Shown piece by piece: positions 1-14,450 of a stretch of 64,000 bases of DNA. This stretch comes from Schmidtea polychroa (lineage: Eukaryota), in assembly GCA_044892525.1 (NCBI GenBank), contig CM097886.1, positions 69,812,001 through 69,876,000 on the forward strand, written 5' to 3'. The notes beneath the pieces are model-generated. The model was given only the letters and a program-made list of their open reading frames with translations. It did not search any database and was not told where the DNA came from. Each line of letters begins with the position of its first letter. The first letter of the stretch is position 1. The translations under genes were made by a program, and so were the position numbers.

Positions 1-1766
1 ATTTTTATCAAATTTTCTAATAATTTAGAAAATTAACTTAAAAAATAAGTATTAAATTAATATATTTAAAATTATTTACTTAAAATTTTAATAATTTATA
101 TTTAATCGATAAAATAATAATACAAAATATTTAACGAAATTCAATGAAAAATATTTGAATCCAATGTTAGTGTATTTGAAAATATAATTATTATTGGGTT
201 TTTTATTAAATGAAAATTTGATGTAAAAATGTAAAATGGTTGATGTTAAAGAAGAATCGTAACGCTATTCCGGTCTAAATTAAGTTGGATTCCTAAGTAT
301 GGAAATACTACAGTTCCAACTTCTCAATTGTTCATTTATTATGTAATATCCGATAGTATTCGTTTGGGAAAAAATATACAAGTCTAGATCTTTTAGGAAC
401 AACTAAATTTTCATAAGCGGAATTTCTATATCATTTCATTAATTTGGCAGGAAATTTAAAAATTACTTGAAAAAACCATTTTTAATTATTGTTGATTTAA
501 TTCCAAAAAAATAAGTCAACGAATCTTCAACTTAATTCGTCGATTTTATCTTTTCATCTTTATTTCCATTTTTATTTTTTCGTTTAAATCTTACTTTTTT
601 CAATTTTTAACAATCAACTTCAAATCTCGATTACAGTGAACAAGTGACAATCTTTACTTTATTCCCTACTTTTTATCCATTTTCTTAATTTATATTTACA
701 TTTTAATTTTTCCTGTGATTTTTAAATTAATATCATTACAATTATCAACTGTAAAACGCAATTGTTATTTTAATTAATGGTAAAAATTTAAATCTGAAAG
801 ATCTCAAATATTTCTGAATTTTTGAAAATTTTTTTGCGTAATCTATTAAACATTTCCATCACGAGTTCCTCCTCCATCTAATCAGCAACACGAATGTTTT
901 TCTGTTTGTAATAAAAATGCATATAATTAATGTGATATTTGATTGTTGGTTTTAATTGACCTATTGGATACTTCCATAAAGTTTTAAATTTAATTACTCA
1001 ACTTGGTTTAAATGATTTCGAAAGTGAAATAAAATATTTTTCGTAAAAATTTCTCCGACACTGAAGGGAAAATTTAATGAGTCACAACTGGATTATTTAT
1101 CTTTTATATGTAAGTTTTCTGTTCTGGATTGACGATAATCATATCAGGGTAATTTTAATGGTGATAAAATTCTTTTAAACACTACGTAAAAATTGGCGCT
1201 AACAACAGCTATGTTGGATATATATTTTGGGAAATTGTGTGAAGATTAATTAAAATTTTTGTGGAGTTTTCATAGAAATTTTACAATTATATTCTAACAG
1301 ATTTTGTCTGTGGTTGTTTTCTGGATTACTGAGTGCGAGATTGATGGGCAATTCCATTGCAATTTTTGCCAATAAGATGAAATTAAAATTTCTCCACCAA
1401 CGCGCAACGATTGAGAGTCTACACTAATTTCCTTCAATGAAGTTTTGTTAATTGCGTCATAGACAACTCCATTAAAATTCCTCGCTGCAATTCTATCAAT
1501 TTCTCTGCCATTTCATAATAATAAACTTCCCTCGTTTGTGCCAGATTTTAATTTAACAAAATGAATATTGAATAAGAATTTCATACGAATAACCACTGTC
1601 AGTTATTTGCTGTTTGTCTGCTTTCAACGATTAATATTTACTCTAATTATATTTTCTTCCATTGAAGTGTTTGTATGTAATTAATTCGAAAATTTGATTG
1701 TTAGAAATCTCTATTATATATATGAACTTCCTAATTTCCACATGACGTTGATGTGTGAATGGTCGA

Positions 1767-4700
1767 ATGAGTGGGTCATATAACATGGTAAATATAAATA
1801 AGATCTGCTAGTTTGAAGTGCTTTATGTTTTTGAATTTTTTAAATTTCTATAACATATTTTCATTATATTTTAATATTGGCAAGTTGAGTAAGTTATATA
1901 TTATTTGGCTACCGTTTTTAGATGTCAATGCAACCATTGGGGACTGTAACTAGTGGATATGGCAATCAAAAGACTGCTCCTATGCAATTCACGCCGAATT
2001 TTAATCAAGTAATTTTCTTTCATTTTTAAACTTTTGGCACTATAATTCAAAATCAAAATATAAAATGAAACATAAATAAATAAATTTTAATAAATATTGT
2101 AAGTTGAAACGTTTTATTTCATATATCAATGTTTTAATTAAGATTTCGTTTATTATTATTATTATTATTATTATTATTTTTTTTTTCTTTTATAACCAAA
2201 AAGAGTATTAGTCGACGACTTTGATGAAGCTTCATAGTTTAGATTGGAAAACTTTGAATTGGTGTGCTAGATTTGATGCTATTTTGAAAGTTTGAATTTA
2301 TCTTTATCAATGAGGAGTGTTAGTCACAATTGTCAATAGATCCCGATTTTATACTTAGAGTATAAAGTTTCACGATTTCCATAAAACGCAAATAGAATTT
2401 CATTGGATTACTATTTTTTGTAAATAATGACAACTTCACATTTTTAAATTTATTTAATTAAAAATAAGAAATTCTTTTATAAACTGCTACTGTTAAACAG
2501 GTTTGTGTAATCCACTTAATTCAAATAAATAACTAGGTAAGCCATTGTTTTTTTTCAATAAATGATATATTTCGAATTAAAATATGCCCTGTTCAATCTA
2601 AAAACCAATTTAACTAATCTATAACCTTCTCATCTTTCTTTTCTAATTGAATCTTCTTTTATTTTTGCTTGTTTTTCACTCGATATATTTCAAAAATCGA
2701 AATAAATTTTTCCATTTTTAAAAATCTAGGACTTTGCGAATTTGTTAAATTATTTGACATTAGTTCTGAAGCTCGTTGCTTTAGATAAACTTTAATATAA
2801 CTTATAAATGGTTTTGCTATTGGCATGTTATTTTAAAGTTTATCTAATACAGTCAAATAAATTTTTACCTAAAAATTATTTGTATTTTTATAATTTTGAA
2901 ACATCGAGTGAAAACAAGTAGAAAAATAGAAGATTTAATTAGAAAAGAAAAGAGTGAGTTAAATTAGTTCAATTTGTTTTGGAGTAAAAGAGGACTTATT
3001 TTAGGTTGAAATATTTCATTTAATGAATGCAAAGCAAAGCTAGCTACTTATTTGAATGTTATTATTAATATTTTCTAAATAGGTAAATGATAATATAGGC
3101 CTTTTGCTGCAAAGTATATATTGAATAAAATGAAATAATTGTCGATTATAAAAATAATCTTTGCCAATTTCATTATTATTATTATTAAAACAATATATAA
3201 ATTATATCATTTTAATTGGTTATTGACACTTAAATGTTCTGGCAAACTTTTTTAGCGAAGTAAATTTTCAGATTAATCAATTCACTGTTAATTTTCAACA
3301 GACTTTTCTCTTGAATTTGCTTCCCTCTTACTCATCGAATGAACATTTCTTGTGCGCTAATATTATTTTCTTAGAAAAATTTCCCCACTGTATCAATTGC
3401 TATCGTTCCAGGAGTTCAGCTGTGTACGTTGTCAATGAAATGCGACATGTCCTCACATGCATACAACACTATATATACATCGTTGATTCTCATTATTTTT
3501 ATCTGAATATATTATAGAAAACTGGTACAAGTCTAATAATCTAGAGATTTGAAAATTAAATTCTGATCTGTATAAATTTCCCATTTTCATTATAAAGAAA
3601 TTAATACTGATATAATGAGAATAGTGAAAATATGTGTTGAGGTTTTACAGTTTGTCGATGTAATTTTAGGGAATAGTTGTTTATAAATCAGCATTTATAA
3701 ATTCAAATTTTCATGGAAATAATTAATAATTTCAGTTCAATTCCATTCAGAAAATTAATAATTTCACATGTGATGTTAATTTTTCATGTTTAAATTTGTT
3801 TGCAAGTTGTTGATTCGTGTTATTGAAATTTTCCCTAACAGATTATGATCACTTAAATGATATTTTGTGTTTGTCTTTTTTCCGTTTCGATTATTTCTGT
3901 TTAGGTTTTAAAATTGATGATTTTATAACCTGGGTCATAAATTTTCTTTTTTAAACTCTTGATGCTCGAGTGCACTCGATATTGGGTTAATGGAATCTCA
4001 CTTACTTTCATAATGTCTTGTAATTTCTTTTATTCTGTCTTTTTCATATTCCTTTATATACTACCGGTTTGAATAAAATTATTCGATATTTTGTCGGTTC
4101 GTGATGGGTAAAGGTAAAGAAGCACTAGCTTAAAACTCATTAGTTAATAAGCTAGTTCAGAGGTTCCCAAATTGTGCTATGTCAAATATGAATCATTGGC
4201 TATTTTATAATGGGTTTTACTTATTATTTTTATGTAACCTGTGTAAATAAAACCAATGTTATCATACATCTCATTGTTAAATCAAATTTTTATGATTTTG
4301 GTACTCCGCTAATTTTTCTTATAATAAAAAGTGCTCTGAAACATCAAAAAGATTAGGAACCACTGGGCTAGTTTATATATATATATATATATATATAAAC
4401 TAAACGATTTTATGATTAATACAAATATTTTCCAATATACTCCCAAAATAGTATTACTATTTCCACGTAATTATACCAATGATATAATATTAGAGGATTA
4501 ATCATTTCAGGAATTAATGAAATTTTTATTCCAACTGTCTTCATTTCCAATTTAGGCCGTTGTAATCGGATGTTCAACGCCATGTCAGTTGCCTACATAT
4601 GAATCATAAACTTTGGGAAATTATACCTGTTTTCATTCACATATCTCTTTATTCATGGTAGATAGTTTGATTGACAGTTGATTTATGGGGTTTTCATTCT

Positions 4701-6523
4701 TTTCATATTCTACTGTAACATGTTGCAATTTTTCTGCTAAAATAACAATATTAATTTTCACAGGTTTGCAGACTTAGGATAATATCTATGGAATATTTTG
4801 ATTTTATCAAGTTTTATTTTTTTCAATTTTCATATAATAATTATTTTTTAGTATTTTATTGCTTCAATCGAACCAATTTAAAAATTCTTTTCATCATTGA
4901 GTGAAAATAAACTTTTTAGTTAGGTGACAAATCAACAAATTTCTGAGTATAACCACAATTTTTCAGTAGCACCTTTATTAAATGTTTCTCTGGTTTTCAA
5001 CAAAATAAGGTTTATAGTTAATTAAAGCTCCCCTTACAATTTTTAGTCTTCAGACAAATACATACGTACATTGTTTTACCACTTCGAATGGTAGAATGTT
5101 GTACCACCACTATCTTATGAATCAACATTTTTTTATCAAAGAAATTTCCCATTCGGTACAAGTAACATCCACATAGATAATATATCTTAACTTTACTATT
5201 CGATAGTTGGGTCGAATGAATTAATAACATTAATTTTATACTGTTTCCCTAAATGTCAACATTTTCAATCACATATCTTAATTTGGATTTATCAAGTTCA
5301 TTTCAGTTCGAATTTCAATTAATATTTCAAATCCAATCTAAAAGATTTTATTTTAAAATTAAAAATAAATTGACGCAAAATCACTTTCAGCGCTAGAAAT
5401 AATAAATGGCCAAAATTAAAAGAAAAAATGTGATGCCTGGTACGATAATAATTACAGTTCAATGGCGAGCGTACAACAAGGCAATTGAAAATTTGGGAAA
5501 TGTTAATTAATCAATCCCGTTATTTCGTTGATCCAAATTATCTAAGCGTCCAAACGCAAAATATCGAGGGATTGTGGAGTAGATCGAAAAACAGAGAAAA
5601 ATAGTCTGAATATTTGATTCAATTTATTCCAAAAAGAAAAATAATTAATAGGTCAATGGCGCTATATTAAAACACACGATTAAACATTTTATGTTCTTCC
5701 TCAATGTATTTGAAGTATCGTTTTAGTTAATTTTAAATATATATTCAAAAACATAGTATTTTCCGCATATACCAAATCTTGTAATACTTATGATATTTGT
5801 TTATCTCTTTAGCTGTTACCTAATATAAATATGAGTAGTGAACATAATATAGAAAACAAGAAATAGAGATGAACTTTCATAGAAGTGGTTAGAAGATGTG
5901 ATAGAAATGTTTGGAGTGTACCTTTGTTTTATTTTAGACACGCTGTAAGCTCTTTGATCGTTATTCTTCTTTCAACTTTTCCAGGTCCCCGGCAGAACTT
6001 CTTTCAGCTTTAAACTCATTGAAGCGTTTTCTTTGAATTTCATCGAAAAAAATTTCCCTGCTAATACAAAAAGTGAATCACAATGACAGACTAAAATAAA
6101 CTACATAAATACATTGTACTTTACTTCTTTACAATATTCTACAAATCATATTCACATTTCTATATTATTCTCACTACTTATTGGGCATACCGCGACCATT
6201 TTGTAAAGTATATTGTGTAGTGTTACTGGCCTAAACATACGTACGAGAAGTCTTACCTTAATATGGATGTCGTTCACTTCTCCATTAACATAGGAGTAAA
6301 AGTATTTTTACTATTTCAGCCATATTCCAATCAATTTATGCCACAATATAATGTCGGATATATGTCCAATGTCAATAGCACAAATATGGGTTTCGTTCAA
6401 ATGTCCAATTCACAGAATCCATTTCTCTCACAAAACGTCAACCCCAGTATGATGCCATTCCAAACAACCCCTAACCAATCTGTTTATCCCAATCAGCTTC
6501 ATCCTCAATTCGGTTCGCTGTAA
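1767..6523 (+). CDS. Putative 3-exon gene (1767-1787, 1922-2008, 6320-6523) for a 103-aa N/Q/M/P/S-rich low-complexity protein; could instead be the 3' tail of a larger gene
   Basis: Phase-0 GT-AG junctions: AACATG|gtaaat, tttttag|ATG...CAA|gtaatt, tttcag|CCA. Exons 2 and 3 share one composition (MSMQPLG...PNFNQ / PYSNQFMPQ...QNPFL...QFGSL*). An in-frame TGA lies 18 nt before ATG 1767. Confidence 0.6.
4158..4365. mobile_element. hAT-Charlie-type MITE
   Basis: CAGAGGTTCCCAAA ... TTAGGAACCACTG termini; TSD agctagtt/ggctagtt (7/8). Confidence 0.8.
5412..5592 (+). mobile_element. Merlin (ISXO2/IS1016-like) transposase relic
   Basis: VMPGTIIITVQWRAYNKAI and YFVDPNYLSVQTQNIEGLWSRSK match the Merlin/ISXO2 PGT.I.TD.WRAY and VHTQNIE..W motifs. 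Confidence 0.75.
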
Positions 6524-9500
6524 CAATTTCCCGGATGGGATTTGTGATTAATTTCTGAATAACTCTTGCTTTTTTATCCTATGGAAACAGTTGTTTGTGG
6601 ACTGGAATAGAACATTTCTAATATTTGATGATCATATGTTGTGAATTCTGAATATATAAATAGTCTAGTTGTTGCTAGTACTTTTTAAAATGCCATTAAT
6701 TTAGATGTAACATTTGTTTAATATATTAGGAATAAATTTCTATTAAGATTTATTTCATTCCGGAAATTATTTCGTTTTGTTCAATCTTATTTCGGTGAAC
6801 AATTTGGTATCTGATTGATGTTGTGATTAGTATTGTCATATTATTAATTGGTGGAGCGAGAGAGAAAAAGAAGTGAAAATGTTTCATCAGTTTTGTTGGG
6901 ATATCAATAAAGTTTCGGTAGGAAATAGCTTTGAATCTGGCTGTTTGTGTTCAGTAAGGAAATCATATAAATCCCAATAAAATCCCAATAAAAAAATTGA
7001 TCACAAGAAAGCATTCCGTTCACAATGATTATAATTTTAAACCTCTTCTGATTACCGTAGCAAATTTCTCGTCGCATGTAAGTTCTACATGATTTGTACT
7101 GGTTATATGATTCAAGTATAATTATATCTACAATAAAGTAAAATTTTTATCAATAATCATATTTACTAACATATTAAATTATCTATATTTAAAAGTTTTT
7201 AAATTATTTATAATTAAAATATTTACAAAGGGAAAAAAGATTTTGTGGACCTTCAACTATTAATTTGTCACCGGTTACCACTTTTCACGTGGAAAATATT
7301 ATGTGGGTTATATAAAAAAATAAAACGATAGTGTAACAAATTATATTTAAATCAATAAAAAGCTCCAAACAACAAAATTAATTAAAATTTAATAAAAATC
7401 GAAAATCAATGTTGAGCGAGTGAAACTGGTATGGTTGAACGTCAAATTGAAAGATAAATTCACAAATAATAATGAAATTTTAATGAGGGGTTCACATGGA
7501 AAGTTATAACGTAAAAACAAATTAATTAAAGTTAATTAATCCGTAATGGAAGTCCGAGCCCATAGGAAACACGAGTGTTGAAGAAACCTGGAGTGCATTG
7601 AGACTTGGCCGATTAAAACAAACTCCCCGAGCGCTAATCGGTGATAAACATATTTAAATGTTACGATAACCCTCAAAATATTTATCCTAGGCTCCCTAAA
7701 CCCTAATTTTTTTTAAAAATCTTAAATTAGGTAGATAATTACCTTCGTAGAAAGAGTATAAAAAGTGAGCTCAAAAACAGACGAGCCGTCAGTTGGTCGA
7801 TGAAATAAGACAGAAACAAAGTGATATTGTCAAGTCAGTTAGTTAGATTTAAACCAATTATAAACTTTCGTACCAAATAATGTGATTTGCACTAGGCTTT
7901 CGGATTTGTGGATGATTCACAAAGTTGATCTGATAGCCTTTTTGACTTGATTTGAGTTCCTCAATTACTATGATTTATTAATTCAGTACGCAAGTTTTCT
8001 TCTTGTCTCTCTTTCAACTGTTTTCCTGATTCTCAATAATTTATTTAAAATATCGTAAATTCAAATCTCCTCGCAAATTTCTCCTTTAGCAAATTTCTCT
8101 CGTAATTTTTACTCGTCCCTCTAAAATGTGTCGTTTTTATCCCTTGCCATCTAATGGCATTTATTAATAACGCATTCCTCTATTCACCTGTTCCATTGGA
8201 CACTCCGAATTCTCAAACAGGTGTTGAGATATGTATTTTTGACGATCCCATCTCTCGAATTCCCCATTTCATTTCTTTTTCTTATTTTAAATAGGTCATC
8301 GAGATAACAAAATAATTTTAACTTTCTTTTTTGCTTTTTGTTTTGCTTTTCTTGAGCTAGAACTTTTTAATTAAGAATGACCTACTTTTATTCAAATGTC
8401 TGTTTTTTTTATTCTCATCTGTTCCCTTCCAATTTTTCAATATCTCTTTTCCAATCCTATTTCCTAACGACATCCCATTCATTTATCATCATTTCCCCAA
8501 TCATTTTAAGCATTTAATAATTATTTTTGTTTTTTTTATTTACGTATCCTCAACAATTGTGTGTACGTATTCATCTGATTTATATAGTTTTGTAGAATAT
8601 TGGATCATATTATCCTATTTTGCACTCGTAATTTTTGGCAAATTCCTTCCATTTGCACGTAAAGTTCCCACAAGAGTTTTTTTTCAAGAAACTTATTTGC
8701 AAAGGAAATACTCGTAAGAAAGTTGTTAGTAATTATATTTCGGCTATGGCATAAATATGGTCTTGCAAAATAGCTGTCATTTGGTTGGTGTTGCCTTTTC
8801 TTATTCATTTTTCTTATTTCTAGATGTTGTATACTAGGGTTGTCACTTTATTTTAAAAGAGAAGCTTGAGGCAGCATAAGATTAACTTTTATATAAAAAT
8901 AGCATATATGACTTTTTTAGTGATAAATATTCAAAAACGTCGCGCACCGCACTTAAAACATATAGTCACAAATTCAATTCTATTCAAAAATTCAAACATT
9001 TATTTATTTAGACATGACGCTTTTGTTTCATTGCTGTTGATATAAATTTAAATGAACTAACAATTTGGAAGTTTTTGATAAAGTAATGAGAATGCATTTA
9101 AATGAGCAGGAAAATAGACATTATTTTAACAACATCCTATAATAAAGGATTCCTATATATAACCCAATTAGCTCTTTTCAGCTGAAATCAGAACTTTATT
9201 TTTAATTTTTAAACGTTATTTATTAGATAAATTAATTAAGAATTATCATATTATTGTTACTCTGTTTCCTTTATAGAATTGGAAGTATAGAATGGTAGAC
9301 ATCGGCAATCTCGTAGAACAGTTTCTTAAATGTAACATGAAGCTTCAAATTAGGGTTTTTAAATTTTTGTAAATAGGAATATTATTTAGGAATAGGAATA
9401 TATTATAGGAATACCGTTTAGAAAAACTAAAAAAACACTTAGATCAAATATTGCAATATATGATTTTTAGACTCTAATTAGTGTGCGACGTTTTTTCAAA

Positions 9501-11631
9501 ATTTTTTAACCCCGACGGAAAAAATGTGCTCTACACACCAAAGTACATCAAAAAAAGCATAATGAAATAAAAAGGGAGAAAAAAGTGCTAAAGTCATAAC
9601 CCTATAATATACCTATAAAATTTTACCCGTCAATTTGACAGATTTTCCTAAAAATAAGTATACAGCATCTACAAATAATAAAATTATGGTTCTCCACAGA
9701 AAATGAGTAGAAATATATATTCGCTGCATTATATAATTATAAACCCATACATCATATCAAAAGAATAATATTTGCATGTTCAGAATTTTTAAGAATTAAA
9801 TTGAAAACCTCTCAAAATGAAGGATTCCGTAAATCTAGTGTTAATACATTTGAATTGGTTAATTATAAAATATAATTTTTAAGTATTTTTTCCTATTGTT
9901 TTAATACGTCAATAAATTATTCAAATAATTTGATGATTTTTAAATATTGTTGAAGAAAAAACTTTATTTGGGTGGAAAATATGCCTACCGCCCCCCAGTA
10001 GTATGCGTGCACATAATAATCGAATAGATTGCGCGCGCAGTCTATTGTAAATAAAAAATTATAGAAATTGTCAAAAATCAATACAGCTCATTATCAACAT
10101 ATTAATCCATAACATTTAAAGATTTTAAAATCATTGCAATAAAACAAAATTAAAAAAATTAAAAATCTAAATTTAAAAAATTAGTACTAAATTAGTACAA
10201 ATATTGGGATTGAAATTCATTCATGTATTCAAAATCATCCTTAAATTTCACCATTGTTATAGTTTGCTATATAGTACAAAATCAATTCGTTTTGAGTCCC
10301 AATTTGAATTTATTTTGGTTCAAAATACTACATAAGAGATAAAAATAGCTGAAAAGTAGATTAAATTGGGAAAAATAAATGAGACTTAAAAGTAGTCAAT
10401 CATAATAAATAGCTGTTATCGTTAAAAATTTTCGAAAGGTATTTTGACGTGAATCTTATATAAATATAATTTTTTCTTGTTATATTAATGAAATTTGTAG
10501 TTAGATTTTAAAAAGTGCGAAACGTATATGAGAGTTCGAAAAATATTTGAGTGCACAAACTATTAAAAAAAATAAATAGCCAATTATTTTTTTTAAAAAG
10601 AGACTCCACCTGAGAAGTATCTACACGCACACTTCTCGAGGGAGACGGTAGGTTTAGAATTTAGAGTAAAAATAAGGTATAATATGACAAATGAATTAGA
10701 AAACGGGAAATTATTTGCATTTATTCGTGCTTACGGCGACATTGCAAATATTTCTAATCAATCAAATCAACCTTACATGCATTTCTAAGATTTTGTGCGA
10801 TTATTTGTAACTAAATTTGATAGATTTATTCGTTATATTTATGATAAACTTTGAAAACAGATATCAAAAGGATGGAAAATTGTCTATCAGTTGTATTGTT
10901 GAGGTCTTGTCTAGGGATAGTATCGTGGGGCTGAAATGTGATATTGCTTATTCAAAGGTGAAAGAAGTGAAACGAATGCGTAGATTGGCTTCTTTTGCAA
11001 GATAATTCAACGGTAATTCAATTGCTGAACGATTTGACCATAACAACGAAAATTATATTTTAAGAATTAATAAAAATCTGGAAAACGGAATAATTTTGAT
11101 AAATTTTCTTGTGACTAAATTGAAAACTAAAAAGAAACTTTAATTTTTTAGGTTCTATCATTATGAATAACAATCTTATATATATATTTGTGAATGTATG
11201 TATGCATGTATTTTTCTTACATTTTCTAAATACGGAAATTTTAAAATTGAATCCAATATAAAAATCGTTATTATTACACAAAAGTCACTATGCTTCATTT
11301 AAATTCTTAGGTTAAGTCTGTTCAATTCAGATCATCATTAATGTGGGTGACTATTAAAAACAATCCGGTAATGTAATATTTTACTTTTTGTCTAATCGTT
11401 CACCAAATATCTTTATTGCATTACATTAACATTAAGCATTATGGCTTGTAATGTATAAAACTGTATCTGTCTATCTGTTCACTATTATAATCTAGAGATA
11501 TAAAAAAATTAGTTATTTATTATCATAGATACAAAACTCTGAATTATTTTCAAATCATTATATTGTAATAATTTTTTTTTAATTTTCACATGCTTATAAT
11601 ATATGTTTACGATGTATAATTACGACTTATG

Positions 11632-11661
11632 TGCCCGAGCAGCGCCGGGTAGCCCAGCTAG
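11632..11661 (+). mobile_element. Helitron-like 3' terminus
   Basis: GC-rich hairpin CCCGAGCAGCGCCGGG, then CTAG|T 8 nt downstream; 5' end not defined. Confidence 0.65.
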
Positions 11662-11960
11662 TTTCTAATAAATTATCAATGAAATTTTCAATAATTCTCG
11701 AAATTTGCGATTCAATACGGAGCCTGCAAAAATCCTTCATTTAGCAAATGTTTTCTGAAAACTAAATAATGAAATCTGGGAAATTGTCAATAAATATTGA
11801 AAATGAAATGTCTGTGGACTTATTCCCCAGAGGACCATTTCGAGGATTTCAAAATGGAAATAATTAACTTTATTTCTTCAGTGTTATTTCTCCTATTGCT
11901 AAAAAATTGTGACTTTTATATTACATTTTTACATTAATGACAGGAATTTATCATATACAG

Positions 11961-13226
11961 CAGGGCTGGCAAAAGCGTCGACCGCGGTCGACTGGTCGAC
12001 CGCGTAGCTATCGAAAGTAGCCCGCTAGCACTATGGAAAATTGCATATAAAAATCAGTTTTTTATTTATTGAATTTCTAACTTTATAAACATATTTAAAA
12101 TAAGTTTCGATTCATATGACAAAAAAATTCCAATAAGAAACATAATATTAGTCAGATAACACTCAGAGTGTAGTAAATTTTTAGTTTGAAATTCAAATAT
12201 ATACAGTTAGCTAATAATCAGAATAAATTTCATGTGTTTGAACAAGTAGGCCATAAAATAAAAGCAAAACATTGAACTGGAAGAGAAGAATTATATCCCG
12301 AACTGGAGGATAAAAGTTGGCTGATAAATCTTGCTTTTCTTTGCGACATTACAGAGCACCTGAATAAATTAAATTTACAGCTTCAGGGGAGACACAAATC
12401 AATTCTTGACATGATAACGGCAGTAAAGACGTTTAAAGAGAAACTGTCCTTGTTTGTGCGTCAACTAGAACGGGGTGATTTGAAACATTTTAAAAACATG
12501 GAAGAAGAATCCAAAAATGCGCCAGGAATTCTTTACGATAAATATACAAATCAAATTACTACCCTTTTAAATGAATTTAACACACGTTTCGCAGATTTAT
12601 CTAAAATTGCAAATATTGCTATGTTCATGTCATTCCCGTTTAATGATGTTATTGATACAGAGGAGATCGCTACTCAGATTAATGAATTTCTGGATTCAGA
12701 TTCAGCTTGCTTAGAAGATGAGATAATAGCGTTGAAAAGCGACATTTACTTAAAATCAAGAGCTACAACCGAAGATAATTTTTGGAATCTTATTTCAGAA
12801 GAAAAATATCCAATTTTGCGGAGAGTAGTTGGATATATGTCCGCATTTTTTGGATCCACCTATCTTTGTGAATCAGCCTTTTCTTCAATGAATGTCATTA
12901 AAACAAAACATCGATCTTGTTTGACAGATGATCATTTGGAATCATGCTTGCGGATCGCCATAAGCTCCTATTGCCCGAAATACGAAGAACTTGCTGATAA
13001 GATGCAGTGCCACGTATCAGGTGCAAGTAGTAGCAGTAAATAATATTATATTAAGATATGTTTACGTTCTAGTAAAGTATTATAAGTTTTTTTCTAATTC
13101 GTTTTGTATTTAAATAGAATAAATAGAATAACTACAGGTAACAATTGAAAATAGTTTTTCTGGTAGACCGCCAGATTTAATTTAGTTGAAAGTCGCCCGC
13201 AAGACTTGAAAGTTTTGCCACCCCTG
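11961..13226 (+). mobile_element. hAT transposon (SPIN/Buster, GTF2IRD2-like), internally deleted, with intact C-terminal transposase ORF 12411-13043
   Basis: TIRs CAGGGCTGGCAAAA / TTTTGCCACCCCTG; perfect 8-bp TSD ATATACAG; dimerisation motif FGSTYLCESAFSSMNVIKTKHRSCLTDDHLESCLRI. Confidence 0.95.
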
Positions 13227-13231
13227 ATATA

Positions 13232-14450
13232 CAGTATATTCCCCCTATAAGGTACACGTTATATAGGGTACACTTTTATAAGAAAATATAAAAATGTATT
13301 TTCTGTGTTATTGGGAACACTTATAAGGGACGCTATGATTATAATTTTTCTGGTAAAATTGATTAGCTTTAAACATATTATATATTATTTGTAATTATTT
13401 TGGCGAACTTGACGAATTATTGACTACGGAATGGAGGAGTGCATTAAATTCAATGATTGACGGATATGATAAAATCTTCAACGTGGATGAAACTGAGTAT
13501 TTCTGCAACAGTTTACATAAATCTATATTAAAAAAGGCTGGTGAGCATTTTAAAGGCGGGAAATGCAAAAGATCGAGTGACTGTGGTACTGACTTATTCT
13601 TTTTCAGGAGAGAAACTTTCGCCAATTATTGTCGGTAAGTCAAAAAACCGCGAAGTTTTCAGAACTTTGAGTGCGAAAATAAGTAGCCCAGCAGCATGGA
13701 TGCCACATATATTGTTTAACAAATATATAGAAGAGCTAGATGAATAAATGAAGAAAATGAGTCTAAAAATAATTTTATTTATTAACAAAGCAATGGTATA
13801 TATTTTATCAGATGAGTTCGTTTTGACACACGTTACTATACAATATTTCCCATCTAATTGAACGGTCATGGTAAAGCCTTGAGATGCCGGGATAATTCGT
13901 GATCTTAAGCTAAATGCAAGGAGATCTCAAATTAACATTTTATTAACTCATATGGATCTAGCAAACATGCTTCAGAGCTTGCCCATAGGCTTACGATATT
14001 AGATGCAATTGAGCATATTGACAGTGCTTTTGGATTGAGTAGAGGCAAAAACAATAGAAAAGTGCTTTCAAAATTTTGGATTTTAGCAGGGTCATCAATT
14101 TAGAGGGAATAGGTAAGATAGGCGAGATAGAAGCAATTCAAAATGAATTGCAAACAATTGCAAGTTCTGCAAAAATATACCCGCATATACATTTTATGAC
14201 GAAAAAACGCCTGAATATGAATATAATTATCAAGATCAAATGCTCGATAACTTGATCTCCGAATATAAAGAGAAATTAAAAAACGATGAGAGTTCATCCG
14301 AAGAAAATTTTATATGTCCTGAAGAACATATTTAGTACCAAACAATTCAGAAATCAGTGAAATGGTGAAAAACCTTTTCAATACACTAAGTCAAGAGGAT
14401 TGTTAGACGAAAAAATGAATCTTTGTGTTAAATGAAAGATATCTGTAGAA
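13232..14450 (+). mobile_element. Decayed pogo/Tigger (DDE_1) transposon
   Basis: TA|CAGTATATTCCCCCTATAAGG terminus; frameshifted motifs IFNVDET, KDRVTVVL..SFSGEKLSPIIVGKSKN, AWM, PLDAGII. Confidence 0.8.

Noticed and set aside
7400-8810. LINE-like decayed coding sequence; likewise a MULE-like stretch at 950-1720
   Set aside because: Coding-like composition but no motif I can name with confidence.
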